Shown here: one piece after another, positions 13,856 to 26,313 of the stretch
How positions within the stretch are numbered: position 1 is the first letter of the stretch
How the letters are laid out: the number at the start of each line of letters is the position of its first letter
Assembly: GCA_017499595.2 (NCBI GenBank)
Contig: CM039010.1
Span: 2,046,001-2,110,000, forward strand
Length of the DNA: 64,000 nucleotides
Direction of reading: 5' to 3'
From: Psilocybe cubensis
Lineage: Eukaryota
Made by a program: the position numbers and the translations under genes
The notes under the pieces: generated by a model
The model's input: the letters and a program-made list of their open reading frames with translations, nothing else
Database searches by the model: none
Told to the model about the DNA's origin: nothing

Positions 13856-15288
13856 ATGTTTCCTAAACTCGCACTCTACGCTTTCGCACTCATCTCTGTG
13901 GTACACGGTCAGCTCGTAGGCACGTACCAGTCCGAAACGCACCCCTCTCTGAGCTGGCAAAAGTGCACGAAGAGCGGCTGCACTAACACTGCTGGCAGCG
14001 TCGTCCTCGACGCTAATTGGCGCTGGGTCCACACCAAAAGCGGGTACACCAATTGCTACACAGGAAACACCTGGGATAGCAGCCTCTGCTCTGATAACAA
14101 AAGCTGCGCTGCTAATTGCGCCCTCGATGGCGCCGACTATTTTGGAACATATGGGATCACGACAAGCGGCAATGCTTTGACTCTGAAGTTCATCACCAAC
14201 AACAGCAACGGCAAGAACATAGGATCCCGAGTGTACCTTATGGCCAGCGACACCAAATACCAGATGTTCAAACTTCTTAACCAAGAGTTCACTTTCGACG
14301 TCGATCTCTCCAAGTTGCCCTGTGGCCTGAACGGAGCTCTCTATTTCTCGGCTATGGACGAAGACGGTGGAATGGCAAGATTCTCCACCAACAAGGCTGG
14401 CGCCAAGTACGGCACTGGATATTGCGATTCGCAGTGCCCAAGAGACATCAAGTTCATCAACGGAGAGGTCAGTCGTCGATTTGTCATGACTCGTATCAGG
14501 TGCTGACCATCATCCAAAAGGCCAACGCGGAAGGATGGAAGCCATCTGCTAACGATGCCAACGCCGGAACGGGCAACTATGGCTCCTGCTGCAACGAGAT
14601 GGACGTCTGGGAAGCCAACTCCATTTCTGCTGCGTACACCCCTCACCCATGCGACGGGACACAGTCTTCGCGCTGCAGCGGCAGTGCCTGTGGCGGAGAA
14701 TCCGACCGATACGGCAGCATCTGCGATCCCGATGGCTGCGATTTCAATTCTTTCCGTATGGGCGACAAGTCCTTCTACGGTCCAGGGCTCAAGGTCAACA
14801 CCAACTCCAAGTTCACCGTAGTCACGCAGTTCATCACCGACTCCGGAACCGCTTCTGGAACGCTGAAAGAGATTCGCCGCCTGTACGTCCAGAACGGCAA
14901 GATCATCCAGAACTCCAAAGTCAACGTACCAGGAATGTCGTCGAGCTACGATTCCATCACCCAACAGTTCTGCAATGACGCCAAGGCCGCGTTCGGCGAT
15001 ACCGACAGCTTCAGCAAGCACGGTGGTATGGCGGGCATCTCCAAGTCGATGGCCAACGGCATGGTCCTCGTACTCAGTGTTTGGGATGACCACACCGCCA
15101 ACATGCTCTGGCTTGACAGCAACTATCCTACCGATGCCGACGCATCGAAGCCAGGTATTGCTCGTGGCACATGCTCGACCTCTTCCGGAAAGCCGACCGA
15201 CGTTGAATCTTCTGCGGCCAGCGCCCAGGTCATCTACTCCAACATCAAATTTGGCGATATTGGAACGACCTATTCAGGTACGGCTTAA
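13856..15288 (+). CDS. cel7: GH7 cellobiohydrolase (Cel7), secreted, no linker/CBM1; one intron 14468-14520
   Basis: Signal peptide [19 protein letters not shown], then [36 protein letters not shown], catalytic [15 protein letters not shown] and MLWLDS; ends IGTTYSGTA*. Confidence 0.97.
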
Positions 15289-15728
15289 TGGCGAAAATAA
15301 GTTCTTCATTGGATCTGGATACGCTAGTAGCATGTATACATATTTGTATCAAGCTAGTAAGCTAATAGTCGCTAAAAGCAAATTTTACGTGCCAGATGTA
15401 TGATGATTTGATGAAAAGCATGTCGGATCTTGAGTGCAGCTGCAGAACGAATCACTAATATGCTGACCAGAGATCCACAAGAGGCGGCGCCGGTAGATCA
15501 TAGGGCTTCGAGGTGCTATTTTTTATCAATATATGACCAATAAGATTCAAAAAACAAAGCTCCCCTGATATTTTAACGTGTTTGATTATAAAATCTTCCA
15601 TCCATTGGGGCATGTGTACTCGACTTCGTCTCGATGTTCAGCAATCTAGACGATATTAAAATTAACAGCAAATACGGATATTAACGTGAATGCGGGGATA
15701 CTATTACAAGCCGAGCCAAACTATGCGT

Positions 15729-16928
15729 CTAAGGTGAATGTCCTGTTTGGCTGACGACGGTCTTCTCGAGGACCGTAGTCCTCATATCGGCTTCTGCCAT
15801 GGACTCGCGGTCTCTCCGCAGTCCCCTCTCCCTAGGGGGAGAAAGACGCCTCATGGGAGATCCACTCCGATCTCTTTGCTTCATCACGATGCCACCACTA
15901 CCCCCACCACCACCACTCATATTACTCGGGGTCGTTGGAGGGGTGCCACTTCTTGAAATTCTCCCTCTGGAGGAGGCATTGGACGCAGTTCGCGATGGTG
16001 GCAAAGGCCCCGGGCTTGTCCCAGCGGACGTAGGGGTTGGTGGTCGGTCCCAAAACATCAACTTCCCGTACCAGGTTTTCCGTCTCTCGGCGTATGCCTT
16101 TTCTTCCCGTCGCCTCTCAAATGTGCTTCGGTAGCGTTCATATGAATCACGAAAGTTTTTATCGACTCGAGAAGAAAATATCAACTCTCCACGAGGATTT
16201 GTAGCCGGGGGTATAGTGTGTAAAGGTCTTGTTGTAGATGGAGATCTCTGTCGATTGACAGGGGTTGGAGAGGACGATCGAGAGGTGGTGGTAGAAACGA
16301 CGGACGTGCTTTCTTCAGGACGAGGAAAAAAGAACGTAAGAGGGTTCCAGTAGAACTTTGAACCCAATGGAGGTTTGCGGACATTCAGATACATGTTAAA
16401 CGAACGAAGGGCTCGATTGGCGTGAGGAACATATCTTTTCGGAGTGAGTTCGTAGCGAAGACAGAGATGAGTATAATGCTCACTTGTTTGCATATGCAAT
16501 CTTCTCTGAATACATGCCGCTGGCGAAGAACAGCACAAGAGTGGTGACACTCACAAATAGAAGGCCAGTTGAAAAGTACGGATGTACAGTGACGTCGGTT
16601 TCAGGCGTATATATTTCTGGCAAAAGGCGTTGCAAAACTATCTTCAATGGTATGGCGAGAATGGATATATGAGGTGGTAAGATCACTTCGCACAGAAGAA
16701 TTGCTATGACTGTGAGAAGTTGAAACAGAAACACTGGATGTCGAAGTGATGAGATTGTCAGGCCTTTTGAATACAAACGGACGTACGCTGGTAGCGCTTT
16801 TTGCGCCGCTGGAGATTGGCTGCATTTGTTTTGAGCCTTTCTTCAAAGAGAAGTAAATCCCTATATGTTGCGCTATCATTCGGGGGACCAAATGAGCCTT
16901 TGGAAGCCAAATTTGAGCGCGGGGGCAT
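15729..16928 (-). CDS. SPO7: Nem1-Spo7 phosphatase regulatory subunit, three exons
   Basis: Exon 1 MPPRSNL...YRDLLLFEERLKTNAANLQRRKKRYQ; hydrophobic exon 2 ending LFFASGMYSEKIAYAN; exon 3 YVPHANRALRSFN...F..SYERYR followed by a low-complexity tail. Confidence 0.88.
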
Positions 16929-17287
16929 GAGGCGTTTGGTGGAACGAGTTCAAGGCCATTTGCACCCGGAACTCAGCACAATACGCGGCCACGACTCGAT
17001 AAAACATGACAAAATAAGATAAGATAAGATCTTGTCACATCAAGTTGAACTTATTATTTCTTTGCGATCACTCTTCCATCCCATAATGCCATGTGTAGGG
17101 CCTCATGGAAAATGGCCTTTCAAACTCTTACTTTCACTTTCGTCCAATCTCTCACTGGTATTGCATTGCAATGAATGAAATGTCAGGTAGGCCTCCCTAT
17201 TCCGCTTTTGCGAACATACCCATATATATTACAACCTGAACCTCCTCTTTTCATGGACTAGACACTAATTACTACGAGAGCAGTATT

Positions 17288-18414
17288 ATGTCTACACAGG
17301 GTCAGTTAATGTAAAATTCTGCTACGAACTGCACCACTGAAGTTCTAAGTACGTTTCCTAGGAATGCAATTGGCGCCAACCGGCGTTCACTCGACGCCTC
17401 ACGCTACTAAGACGGAAAGCTACAGTACGTGCATGAAATATCGCCAGCCTTTAAGGCTCATGAAAACCAACCTATTTAGATACCATTCAGAGTATGTTCC
17501 TTTGATTTTCATCTTGGATAATCTAAAATGTTTCCATCGTAGCTCCTGAACCTACAGTTTGTAAGAAATACGCCTGACATAGCGAACATGGCTAAATGGA
17601 TTATTTTTGACAGCCTGCTGGAAGGGATGTAACGTGTTTAAGTCCAATCCTGCTTCAAAACTGAAATGTAAGTCTGGAGCTTTTTATCTTCAAATCATGG
17701 TGAATAATTCATTTTGCTCATCATTTTCTGGCAGACGAGCTTCCCGAGACCGTCAAGGCCGCAAGAGAAGGTTGGCAATGGACATGTCAGAGCGGGGCAG
17801 TTGTTGTGAGTTTTTATTCGTCTGTTCACATTTGTGATGGGATGTTTATACCCCACAACTATAGTCAGGTCTTCTCGCTGCTGCTGCTGCTCAGCTGCTC
17901 GTGTTTTTCAAGACAGATTCGACTTTCAATCCAGACATCAATACCAGTGGGGGCTGGAAAGGCTTTATCTTAGGAATGTGCTACATGGCCCTATTCCTTA
18001 ACATCAGCGCAACCATAAGCTCTTTCATACTCATCGATAACCTGGGTGAAATTGGATTTAGAGCGTCATGCAACTCTGACAATCTAGAGGGTTTTGGCCT
18101 AGGAACAGGAAAACTTGTAACAAATCAAGACAACTTACTCATCAAGTTCGGCGCGAGCCCCGCATGGAGGATGATGTTGTATCACTGTGAGTATTATCAT
18201 TACTACTCCAGATATCCAAGGTCTAGTATTCAGACAATCATGATTAGGGTTGATCACATTCTACGCCGGAATAGTCACCCTTATCGTATCTATCCTGACG
18301 TACGTCATATTGCAAGAATCTCTAGCAATCAAGATTGCTATGGGTGTGGCTGTCGGGGTTACTCTTCTTCCTACCACCATTTTCATTTTCGTTCGCCCAA
18401 TAATTGAAGGTTGA
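17288..18414 (+). CDS. Hypothetical multi-pass membrane protein with 5' microexons
   Basis: Spliced frame includes ELPETVKAAREGWQWTCQSGAVV/SGLLAAAAAQLLVFF...CYMALFLNISATISSFILIDNLGEI...WLITFYAGIVTLIVSILTYV...RPIIEG*, with canonical GT-AG introns. Confidence 0.75.
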
Positions 18415-18733
18415 GCGATGAAGGGATGAGAACACTCCGAGCTAGTTCAGCTTGACCTTGTAACACCTGTCATTTAACGATACATATTGTTCTGATGGGT
18501 AATACAGATTATGGAGTTATCCTTGATTTTCTGAACACAGGAGAGTAAGCACGAAGTACAAAATGTAACGAAAAGAACAAAAGCTCGATATATAATGAGA
18601 TATGACGAGCAAACAATTGAACGAAAATTCCAAGCGACGATGTGGTGAGAAAGAGAAAACGGTAAAGAGTGGACGACAAATAAGGTTTTGTCAATACATA
18701 GTTCGGGGTTGATGTGGAGCTAATCAAGTCATT

Positions 18734-19634
18734 TTAGACTTGTCTTCCAACGATGCGAGAAGAAATTCCTCGCTTCCTTTGGTTTCTTTTGGAATAGCGT
18801 CTGGTAGACTTGAGAGAACGCCTGAATGACCCGGGTGCTTGCCCATCGAGTCCAGAGCATCCTTGAGAGGTGACGCTGGTAACCTTGTTCTTGACGATGG
18901 TGGAGAGAAGATCGAAACTTTAAACGGAGGCCAAAGAAATCAATATCGCGACGAAGGATCACCGTAAAGAGAAAAATGTCTCACTGAGGGGTATCGTCGT
19001 CGTCGTCATCATCGTCATTGTCATCTTCTGTGCTATCATCGATGTCCAGGTTTTCAAATAAACTGTCGAGGTCGAGGATGTCCTGAGAGGGCGAAAACTC
19101 GATAACATTCGAATGGAATTGGCTAATCACGTACCCAAACAATCAAGATGGATTGTGTGCTAGTTTTTCCAAACTTTCGGATAAGGTCGTGCAGGCAGTC
19201 ATCGTCTGCTTCCTCGCCCGCCCCACTAATTACTTCATGAGCATCGGAACGTGGCAGTGGTTCAAAAGAATTACCATGTAGTAGTAATATTCAGACCCAG
19301 AGTCTGCGCCGTAGGAGTGATAGTCTCGATGGTCTCTGGACACAACCCAGAGTCTTTGTCAAAGGCGCAGGTAGCAATAAGCCCAATATTCAACGGTGCT
19401 AGGAGCTGTACAGAATCAACGGTTCAATGTACATCATAGACTGGAGTAACATAGTATACTTACAGCCGGCAAGCAATTTCTCGATCTCTCAAAGCCAACG
19501 GGGGTCAATCCAGGCAGGTGCAGCGACGGGGTCTCTGCATTTGAGATGATATAGACGGTGTTGTTGAAAGAGGCCGCAGCAGCGAAGCTAACTGCACAGG
19601 CAAGAACAAATAAAAGAGAGTTGTTTAGAACCAT
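18734..19634 (-). CDS. Small secreted protein of histidine-phosphatase (phosphoglycerate mutase-like) type with degenerate active site
   Basis: Signal peptide, then NTVYIISNAETP...GLTPVGFERSRNCLP...CPETIETITPTAQTLGLNITTTC...QSILIVW, an acidic D-run and a basic C-terminal tail. Four GT-AG introns. Confidence 0.72.
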
Positions 19635-20520
19635 TTTGGTCTAGGTCGATTGAAGAGTGCCTGAGTGAGGTTAAGCAGTTCCTGAAGGCAATGAAGCTTC
19701 AAAACTCTTGGAGAGTATGGCATGCCAGGAGGACGAAGATTTTATACAGCCTGTTGATTTCTCACAGCCCGGAAGGAAGAAGATGCTTCAGGGTTGGTTC
19801 AGGGTATTGAGCGGAGACTAGAAGCACCTTTTGTCGCCTTTAGGCACCACATTTGTGATGCTCTGCACCAAGCGAGCGGCCGGCAGCATAGGAGTGATAG
19901 GCGGAAGCTGTTCAGTCAGGACTCAATGACGATACGCATATACGCGTTCGACGCGGTCCTCTTGCCAGTCAGTGAAAGTCGTCACCACATGTGTACCTGG
20001 TCAAAAATCGGTGTTAAGGCGGGGACGGAAGAGACCATGGTTAACGTTTGGTCAACTCACAACTGATTGATCCGTGTTTGTTCGGAGGACTGTGCCAAGC
20101 ATATTTCCCTGTTTTGCAGTGCTCAGATAGCTAGATAATTGTGCAGCTCACAGAACCTAGACTAACAACGATTAAAAAGAGTGTTCTGTTTGGACTTAGG
20201 TGACACTATGTGACAGCGACTGATGAGAGGGTTAAAGAGACTGCAACTTCAAATGCGATACACCATGATGAGACAGTAACTGGTCGACTACCAGCCGATA
20301 TGCCGGAACCTAAAAATAAATACTGAAAAGGACGCCAAGAAATGCAAGTAGATCAGACTTCAAATCTGAACTGGAACCCAGGCGCCGATGCGTTGTCAAA
20401 GCAGCCATTGACGAGAGCAAAGTTATACTCGTACATAGGATTAACATTGAATCTCTGAAAATTGACTTCGACCCAACTTCAAAGGGGCCAAACTCCAAAA
20501 TGATAATTATTGTCCGGCTC

Positions 20521-22175
20521 TCACTGGTGTCTATTCATACATGGTTTCTGTTGGAGATAGAAGTGCAGAGCGGTTTAAATAATATTGAAAGGGAAATAGT
20601 ACGGCTTATGTGCAATTTTATACGTTCAAAATTTTCAATTCTCTTCGCTGGGACATAGGTAGCCATGCATGTGGTGACGTACGATCATTCCGAGCTCAGC
20701 ATCTTGTGTTTTATGTATCTCATGGTACCCTGTATCGGATGGCTCGGTTAAAAAAATATTGTGTTAATGTGGCACTGACCCTACTCACTGCCAAATTGTT
20801 TTGCTTTGTCTCAACCCATACTGAACGCCGGTTAGAGGTCGAAAAATGCATTGGAACAGAATCATTTTCGGCCAAGACAACACGGCCGTTGAGGCTGAAA
20901 AATGTTGATAATTAGTCAATGGACTTATTTGCTCTTAATAGTGAAATTCCTACTAACGATGACAACAAAGCTACTGAAAAGACTATAATCCCAGATTCGG
21001 TTAAATACCATGCTAACTGGATAAATGATGATTAGACGCACCTTTGGGCAAAATTTGGTAGATCGTTAACCAAACGACTAGGGATATTCAAATTGGCCTA
21101 TCAGAAAGATACAGTAGCTCCAGAATGAGTCTTCGATACGCACAATTGAGCGGGTTAACCAAAAACTGATGTATTGTCAGGTCACAAATTGGAAGTACGG
21201 CGAAAGAAACCAACTCACAAAAATTAGCAATGCCAAACCGGCTGTGGTTGATAAAAGCCCTGTTTCTATAATCCGTTCACGCGGAGAGCATGCTGACAGA
21301 CGGAACTTCTCTTACTGATGGTCCATGCTATGACTGTATCCACTAGCCACAAAGGTCTAGAGTGCTATGAGATATTCATTTTGTCCTCCGGATGGAAAGA
21401 CTCTTTACCTTGCTTCCACCTTCAAATTTTTCCCCTTGAATGCAAGATAATATATAAGAAAAGCAGATATCGTGTGATCAACAGCACACCGAATGGAGAA
21501 TATCAAAAGAATCAATGTCTTTTTCTCAAAAAGAAACAGTGGAAAAATCTTGGCGCCTATCAATTCCGAAACTGCAGTTATAGTCAGGCCTAAACGCAGG
21601 AAAGCTATCAAGGCATATACGAAGAGGATGTATAGCCCGTGGCGCCCAAATATCCGAATACGATTTGCAAAAAACATCTGCATTGGTCGGTCGGTCGGTA
21701 TAATAGGCCTTGAGAAAATCTCAAAAAAGGCTTACTTGAACAATGAACTCGATAATCCCACCAATTCCCAAAGAGAGTTTTCCGGTAATAGGAAATTGAG
21801 CTATTAAACTGATTTGAGGCAGATAGTAATCGGTAACATTATAGGTGTATTGCGCGTGGCAGCAACATATGGAGTGCGCTACTTCGCATGTGCTATTGAG
21901 AAACGTAAGCATAAGCAAGGCAAGACTTCGACTGTGCGACCTAACCCGATAAAAAAGACCTAAAAAATTTCAATGGCGTTCCAGTAACTGTCGTAACGAA
22001 AAGGCTGGTTGCTTACAAGATACTTTAGTATCAGTTTGTCATCAGGAAATCGTGTATAATAGACGTAGATTTGGACCACCACGACCCCAAGCAGCGAGCA
22101 CTGGATGACGTTCCCTACAAGAAATGTTCCAAATAGAGTGGTAAAATCAATTGGATAAGGACTCAGAGGATTCAT
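20521..22175 (-). CDS. DUF6534-type integral membrane protein, paralog 1 (3' end approximate)
   Basis: GTFLVGNVIQCSLLGVVVVQIYVYYTRFPDDK; FFANRI; C-terminal exons FLVNPLN / VWLTIYQILPK / VFSVALLSS / LNGR. Confidence 0.8.
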
Positions 22176-23691
22176 GTGAATCTGTAGTAGGAGAGGCCCT
22201 AGGAGAATAGATGTAATCTGGCAAGCCAGGATTCGCCCAACTTAAAAGGGTTTTTAGAACCAAGTATATCTTAATGATACTTCTAATATCATGATGATGT
22301 TTCTTCGTCTACTTGATGGTCCACAGAAAGACACTCTTTCATTTGATATTTTCATCAAAATTCCGCTACTAGTGAGTGTGTATCAATCTAGTTGCAGTGC
22401 GGTAGCAACACAAATCATTGGCAAAAAATAATGCAACTAAGATATCTGGCTGCCAGGGAAAGCAGTGGTACCAGCAGTTTGGGATTCTTAAATTAACCGT
22501 CCATCTGCCAACATTGTTCATGTTCCATCAGTATCTGATACTTAATTTGGCAGCACTGTATAAGTATAGGTAGGTCTATAGCTACTGGCTCGCCGTGACT
22601 GAGGACTGCATCGGACAGTCACCAAACTGATTACATCCATCAATATGCTCTAGTACATGCGGCGGTGCGCTCCTAAAGTAGGTAAAGCGAAAGGTCGGGT
22701 CCCACATTTCAAACTCTAAACCCGTTGTCTTGAAGTTTGAACTCAATCGACGATTATGCATGAAAACACCATAGGCCTTAAAATCTACACAAATTCCGGC
22801 CAAGAGGGTTACCTGTTATTGCGAGTTAGCAACGGTGTCTCCCTCTAGGATAAAGAACTATAGAGAAATAAAACAACGTCAAATATACAAAAAAGTGACT
22901 TCTGGCCTACAGTGAGGCTGTAGGATCTTTTGACTACTGGACTTTCACATCGTATCCAAGTATACGCAGAAAATTGTCAACATTTTGACTTTTGTTTAAT
23001 ACAAAACATCTTCACTTATAACGAAGAGACATTGGCCTGATCTGGCCCAATCAGTCAGGGCACTGCTGCTGTTGGCCGACGCCTCTGATACATTTTCATT
23101 CCCAGTCACTGTCACTAACGGAGAAATCCACCTGCCGTGGTTGTTTGACGAATCTACTCACCAAAACACCCAATAAAGGATTGTTCTGTATAGTAGCAAC
23201 AAAGGCTAAGAATTCGCCAGTTTTTCATCAGAAGCCCTACCGGTTTGTCATTTTCCGGGTGTGACGGGGCGCCCGGCTTTACAACTTATAGGATCTGGCC
23301 ATGGGAAAGCTCCTTTGACACCGAATTTGATCCTCAAATCAGTAAAAGAGGAAATGGTCCTTCTGATTAGGAAAAAAAACTTATCCCCCTGCAGGGTGAT
23401 ATTGCAAAGTCGTGAAATTTAGCAAGTCAGTGGAGAGGGTCGGTTCATGGTCTCTGAGATAGTCTGATGAAGTCTCATACTTCCACGACCGAGCGTCGCG
23501 ATCGGTGGTGTTGCGAAAATATTTCGCGCGGCCTACTTAGTCAGAGTGGAATGTGGTTACTTATGAATATTGCGTGGATCTCATCCTGCACCTCGATGTT
23601 GCAGAAGTAGCATACGCGAGCATGACTCTTGTAAGGCTTTGATCGTTTTACAACTTGCATACCAGATGCGCTCATATATATTGAATTTTTA

Positions 23692-25187
23692 TCAAATTAT
23701 TCCATGGAAATATCGAGGGTCTACCTTCACCTCGGTTGTCATACAAACATGAACGGCGATCGGAGGGACACCTTCGCGTTTGGTTTGCTAGAAATTTAAG
23801 TTGTATGAACACAGAGACGTTGAATCTGACTAGCGCATACCTCCGTTTTGCAACCCTTTGCCCGTAACCATCTCTTTGCCGGTTTTTCTTTCCAATTTTC
23901 ACGTAAAATTGTGCGCCCATTCAAGCTGTATCATGAGTTGTTGATCAGCCTTACAATTTCATTGGCAGGGAAGCACTCACGATGCAAGTAGAGAATTTGA
24001 GAAAACTGTCGCGCCCACATCAGCCAGTAAAAGAATTGAGAAGATGAAGAAAATACTCCTAGCGAGGCACATAAATATCGCCAACCATGTGACTGAAGAC
24101 ATATGATATAAGACAGGATTATCATGATAATAGTTGGAATCTTACGGTTTTGAGGCATTTTAACAAACTGTGGTCTAAGAATTTTAGTCACTGTTAGGAA
24201 AACGGAGGAATGCGAGAAAAGTCTTACGCATATGAGCATGAGAATACCGGCCAAGCTGGTGACGATTCCGGTTTCTATACCCGCCGATTTAGTATAGACT
24301 GCAATATTTGTAAAGACTCAAAGTTACACCTACGAATTGTCCATGCCGTTATTTTATCGACAAGAAATGACGTTCTCGATTATAGAATCAGGTTTCAGAT
24401 ATTAGGTGCAGGAAATATTTAAATCACTAACCTATTGGGAGAGTGCTCTTTCCTCAGTGCCCTGAGGTAATAGGACAAGAGTATAGCCAAAAGCAGGTCC
24501 ACAGCTGAGCCAAGGGTCAACGCGGAGCCACACAACCATTTCCAATGCGAATCGAATACTGTGAAAGAAGGAGACACAATGGCTTCTATGGTCGCCCAAA
24601 TAGTCAATATAAACCGAGAAGCGGCAAGAAACCAGCACAAGACAGGGATCGTCCACTTTCCGCTGATGACACGAACACGTTCTACATAAAAAGACTAGGT
24701 CTATCGGTGAAAATATTTCAAAGCTAGTGCTGTGTATCCCTTACCTGCACGATAGTGGCGATTATTCCACAAAGGACCAGCGATGCGTCCAAGGCTGGAG
24801 GCAAAGATATATTCGATTGCCCAAAGTTGACCACCCCGATAGTGTAGTATGTCTGAACGATGCATATACTATGCGAGAACTCGCATATCCTATCTCTAAT
24901 CGTCAGTTATGAGAGTTCAACGTTCATGCACAAAAAGAAATATTCAACCAGACAACAGTAACCTGGCACCAGCACTCCACTTTCAATACCTAGCCATAGA
25001 AAAGTTTCTGCAAACTTACCATTGCTTTCAGGTATACCCGATCGTCGGGAAAGTTTGTGTAGTAGAGGTAGGTTTGAACAGTAGTAATCCCAAATAAGAA
25101 GCATGATATAAAAAGTCCAGTAATAAGAGGACCGATGGTTATCTGAGGGAAATTAGGTTCTTCAAGATTCGTGGCGAGCAAAGACAT
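23692..25187 (-). CDS. DUF6534-type integral membrane protein, paralog 2
   Basis: IGPLITGLFISCFLFGITTVQTYLYYTNFPDDR; WKWLCGSALTLGSAVDLLLAILLSYYL; ETGIVTSLAGILMLIC; FSNSLLASLNGR; ends PRYFHGII*. Confidence 0.85.
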
Positions 25188-26313
25188 CTGTCTCTTTTAC
25201 TTGTCAGAATACGTACCTCCTCTTTATATTACACCTTTGTTTCCCACAGAAGAGAATCATCAAGATCACAGTCTTCAGAAGTTGCATCGGATATACCTAT
25301 AAGTGTGATTGCATAACTGGGGTTAGTGGTTACCAACCGTCAGATATTATGCCACAAAGATATCTCAGGCTCGTTGATGGAAAAAATCGAAATGTGTCCG
25401 CTTTTGTAATGGCTTGATTTAGTTAATCTTAATCGATAATATAATCTGTTATCTAGTAGTACTAGTAGTACTGTCACACAACTGTCATAAATGATTTTTC
25501 ATGTGACCTACTATGACCATAGGGCAGGATTCGAGGAGGGGTCCTAGCAAGGTCCTAGACACCTTAACTGAATTATAAAAACCCACCACCAGATAGTTTC
25601 TCTTCGCGCACCCTTGATAAAGGCATACGTGGACTCAGAACCTGTGCTAATAGACCACAGGCATACACGAGGCTATTCAAATGATGCCGCTCAGTGGAAC
25701 TTCCCGTAGATGGCCGCCTGAAGCTTTCCATTTGATTCAGCTAAGTCACTTGGAGACTTTAATGCAACTATGGATCATGAATCGCATCAATAGCTTATAA
25801 AAGTGTCATCGTTCAATAAGGTCTGCTCTTGCTGCTGTTGTGCAATCCTGAACACAATGTGATTCACAATGATGCGACAGCGTCACAGCAGCTCTTCGAC
25901 TCGTGTGGTGAAAAACATGATGATGTCCACCTTCGCTGCATCTCGCGAGCCTGGAGTCTTCTGCAGATGGCTGGCATAACGCTCAGAGACAGTTGTGAAC
26001 ATTACTCCAGATATGGCTTAATCGATCATATTAATTTAAGACGTGAGTAGTCGAGCTAGCTGTAGGCTCACAGCCGCAGTCACCTTGGCCACTGCTTTTT
26101 GAGCTGCCGTCCACGGAAGCCGGACGGCAACGCCATTTATAGACACTCAGTTGACATTCTGAACACACTTCGACGACGCCTTGCTGCATCCTGTAGTTCA
26201 AATTGGGTGTGTGAATATTTTTAGAATCCCCTAAAACCAGCCATGATGTTTTCCCAGCTGCAACCTTATCCCAACACAACATCCACTGCCATAGTCATAC
26301 GCTCATTAAAACG

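Noticed and set aside
13409..15093. Long minus-strand ORFs (291 aa and 250 aa)
   Set aside because: Antisense shadows of the codon-biased GH7 gene; no independent motifs.
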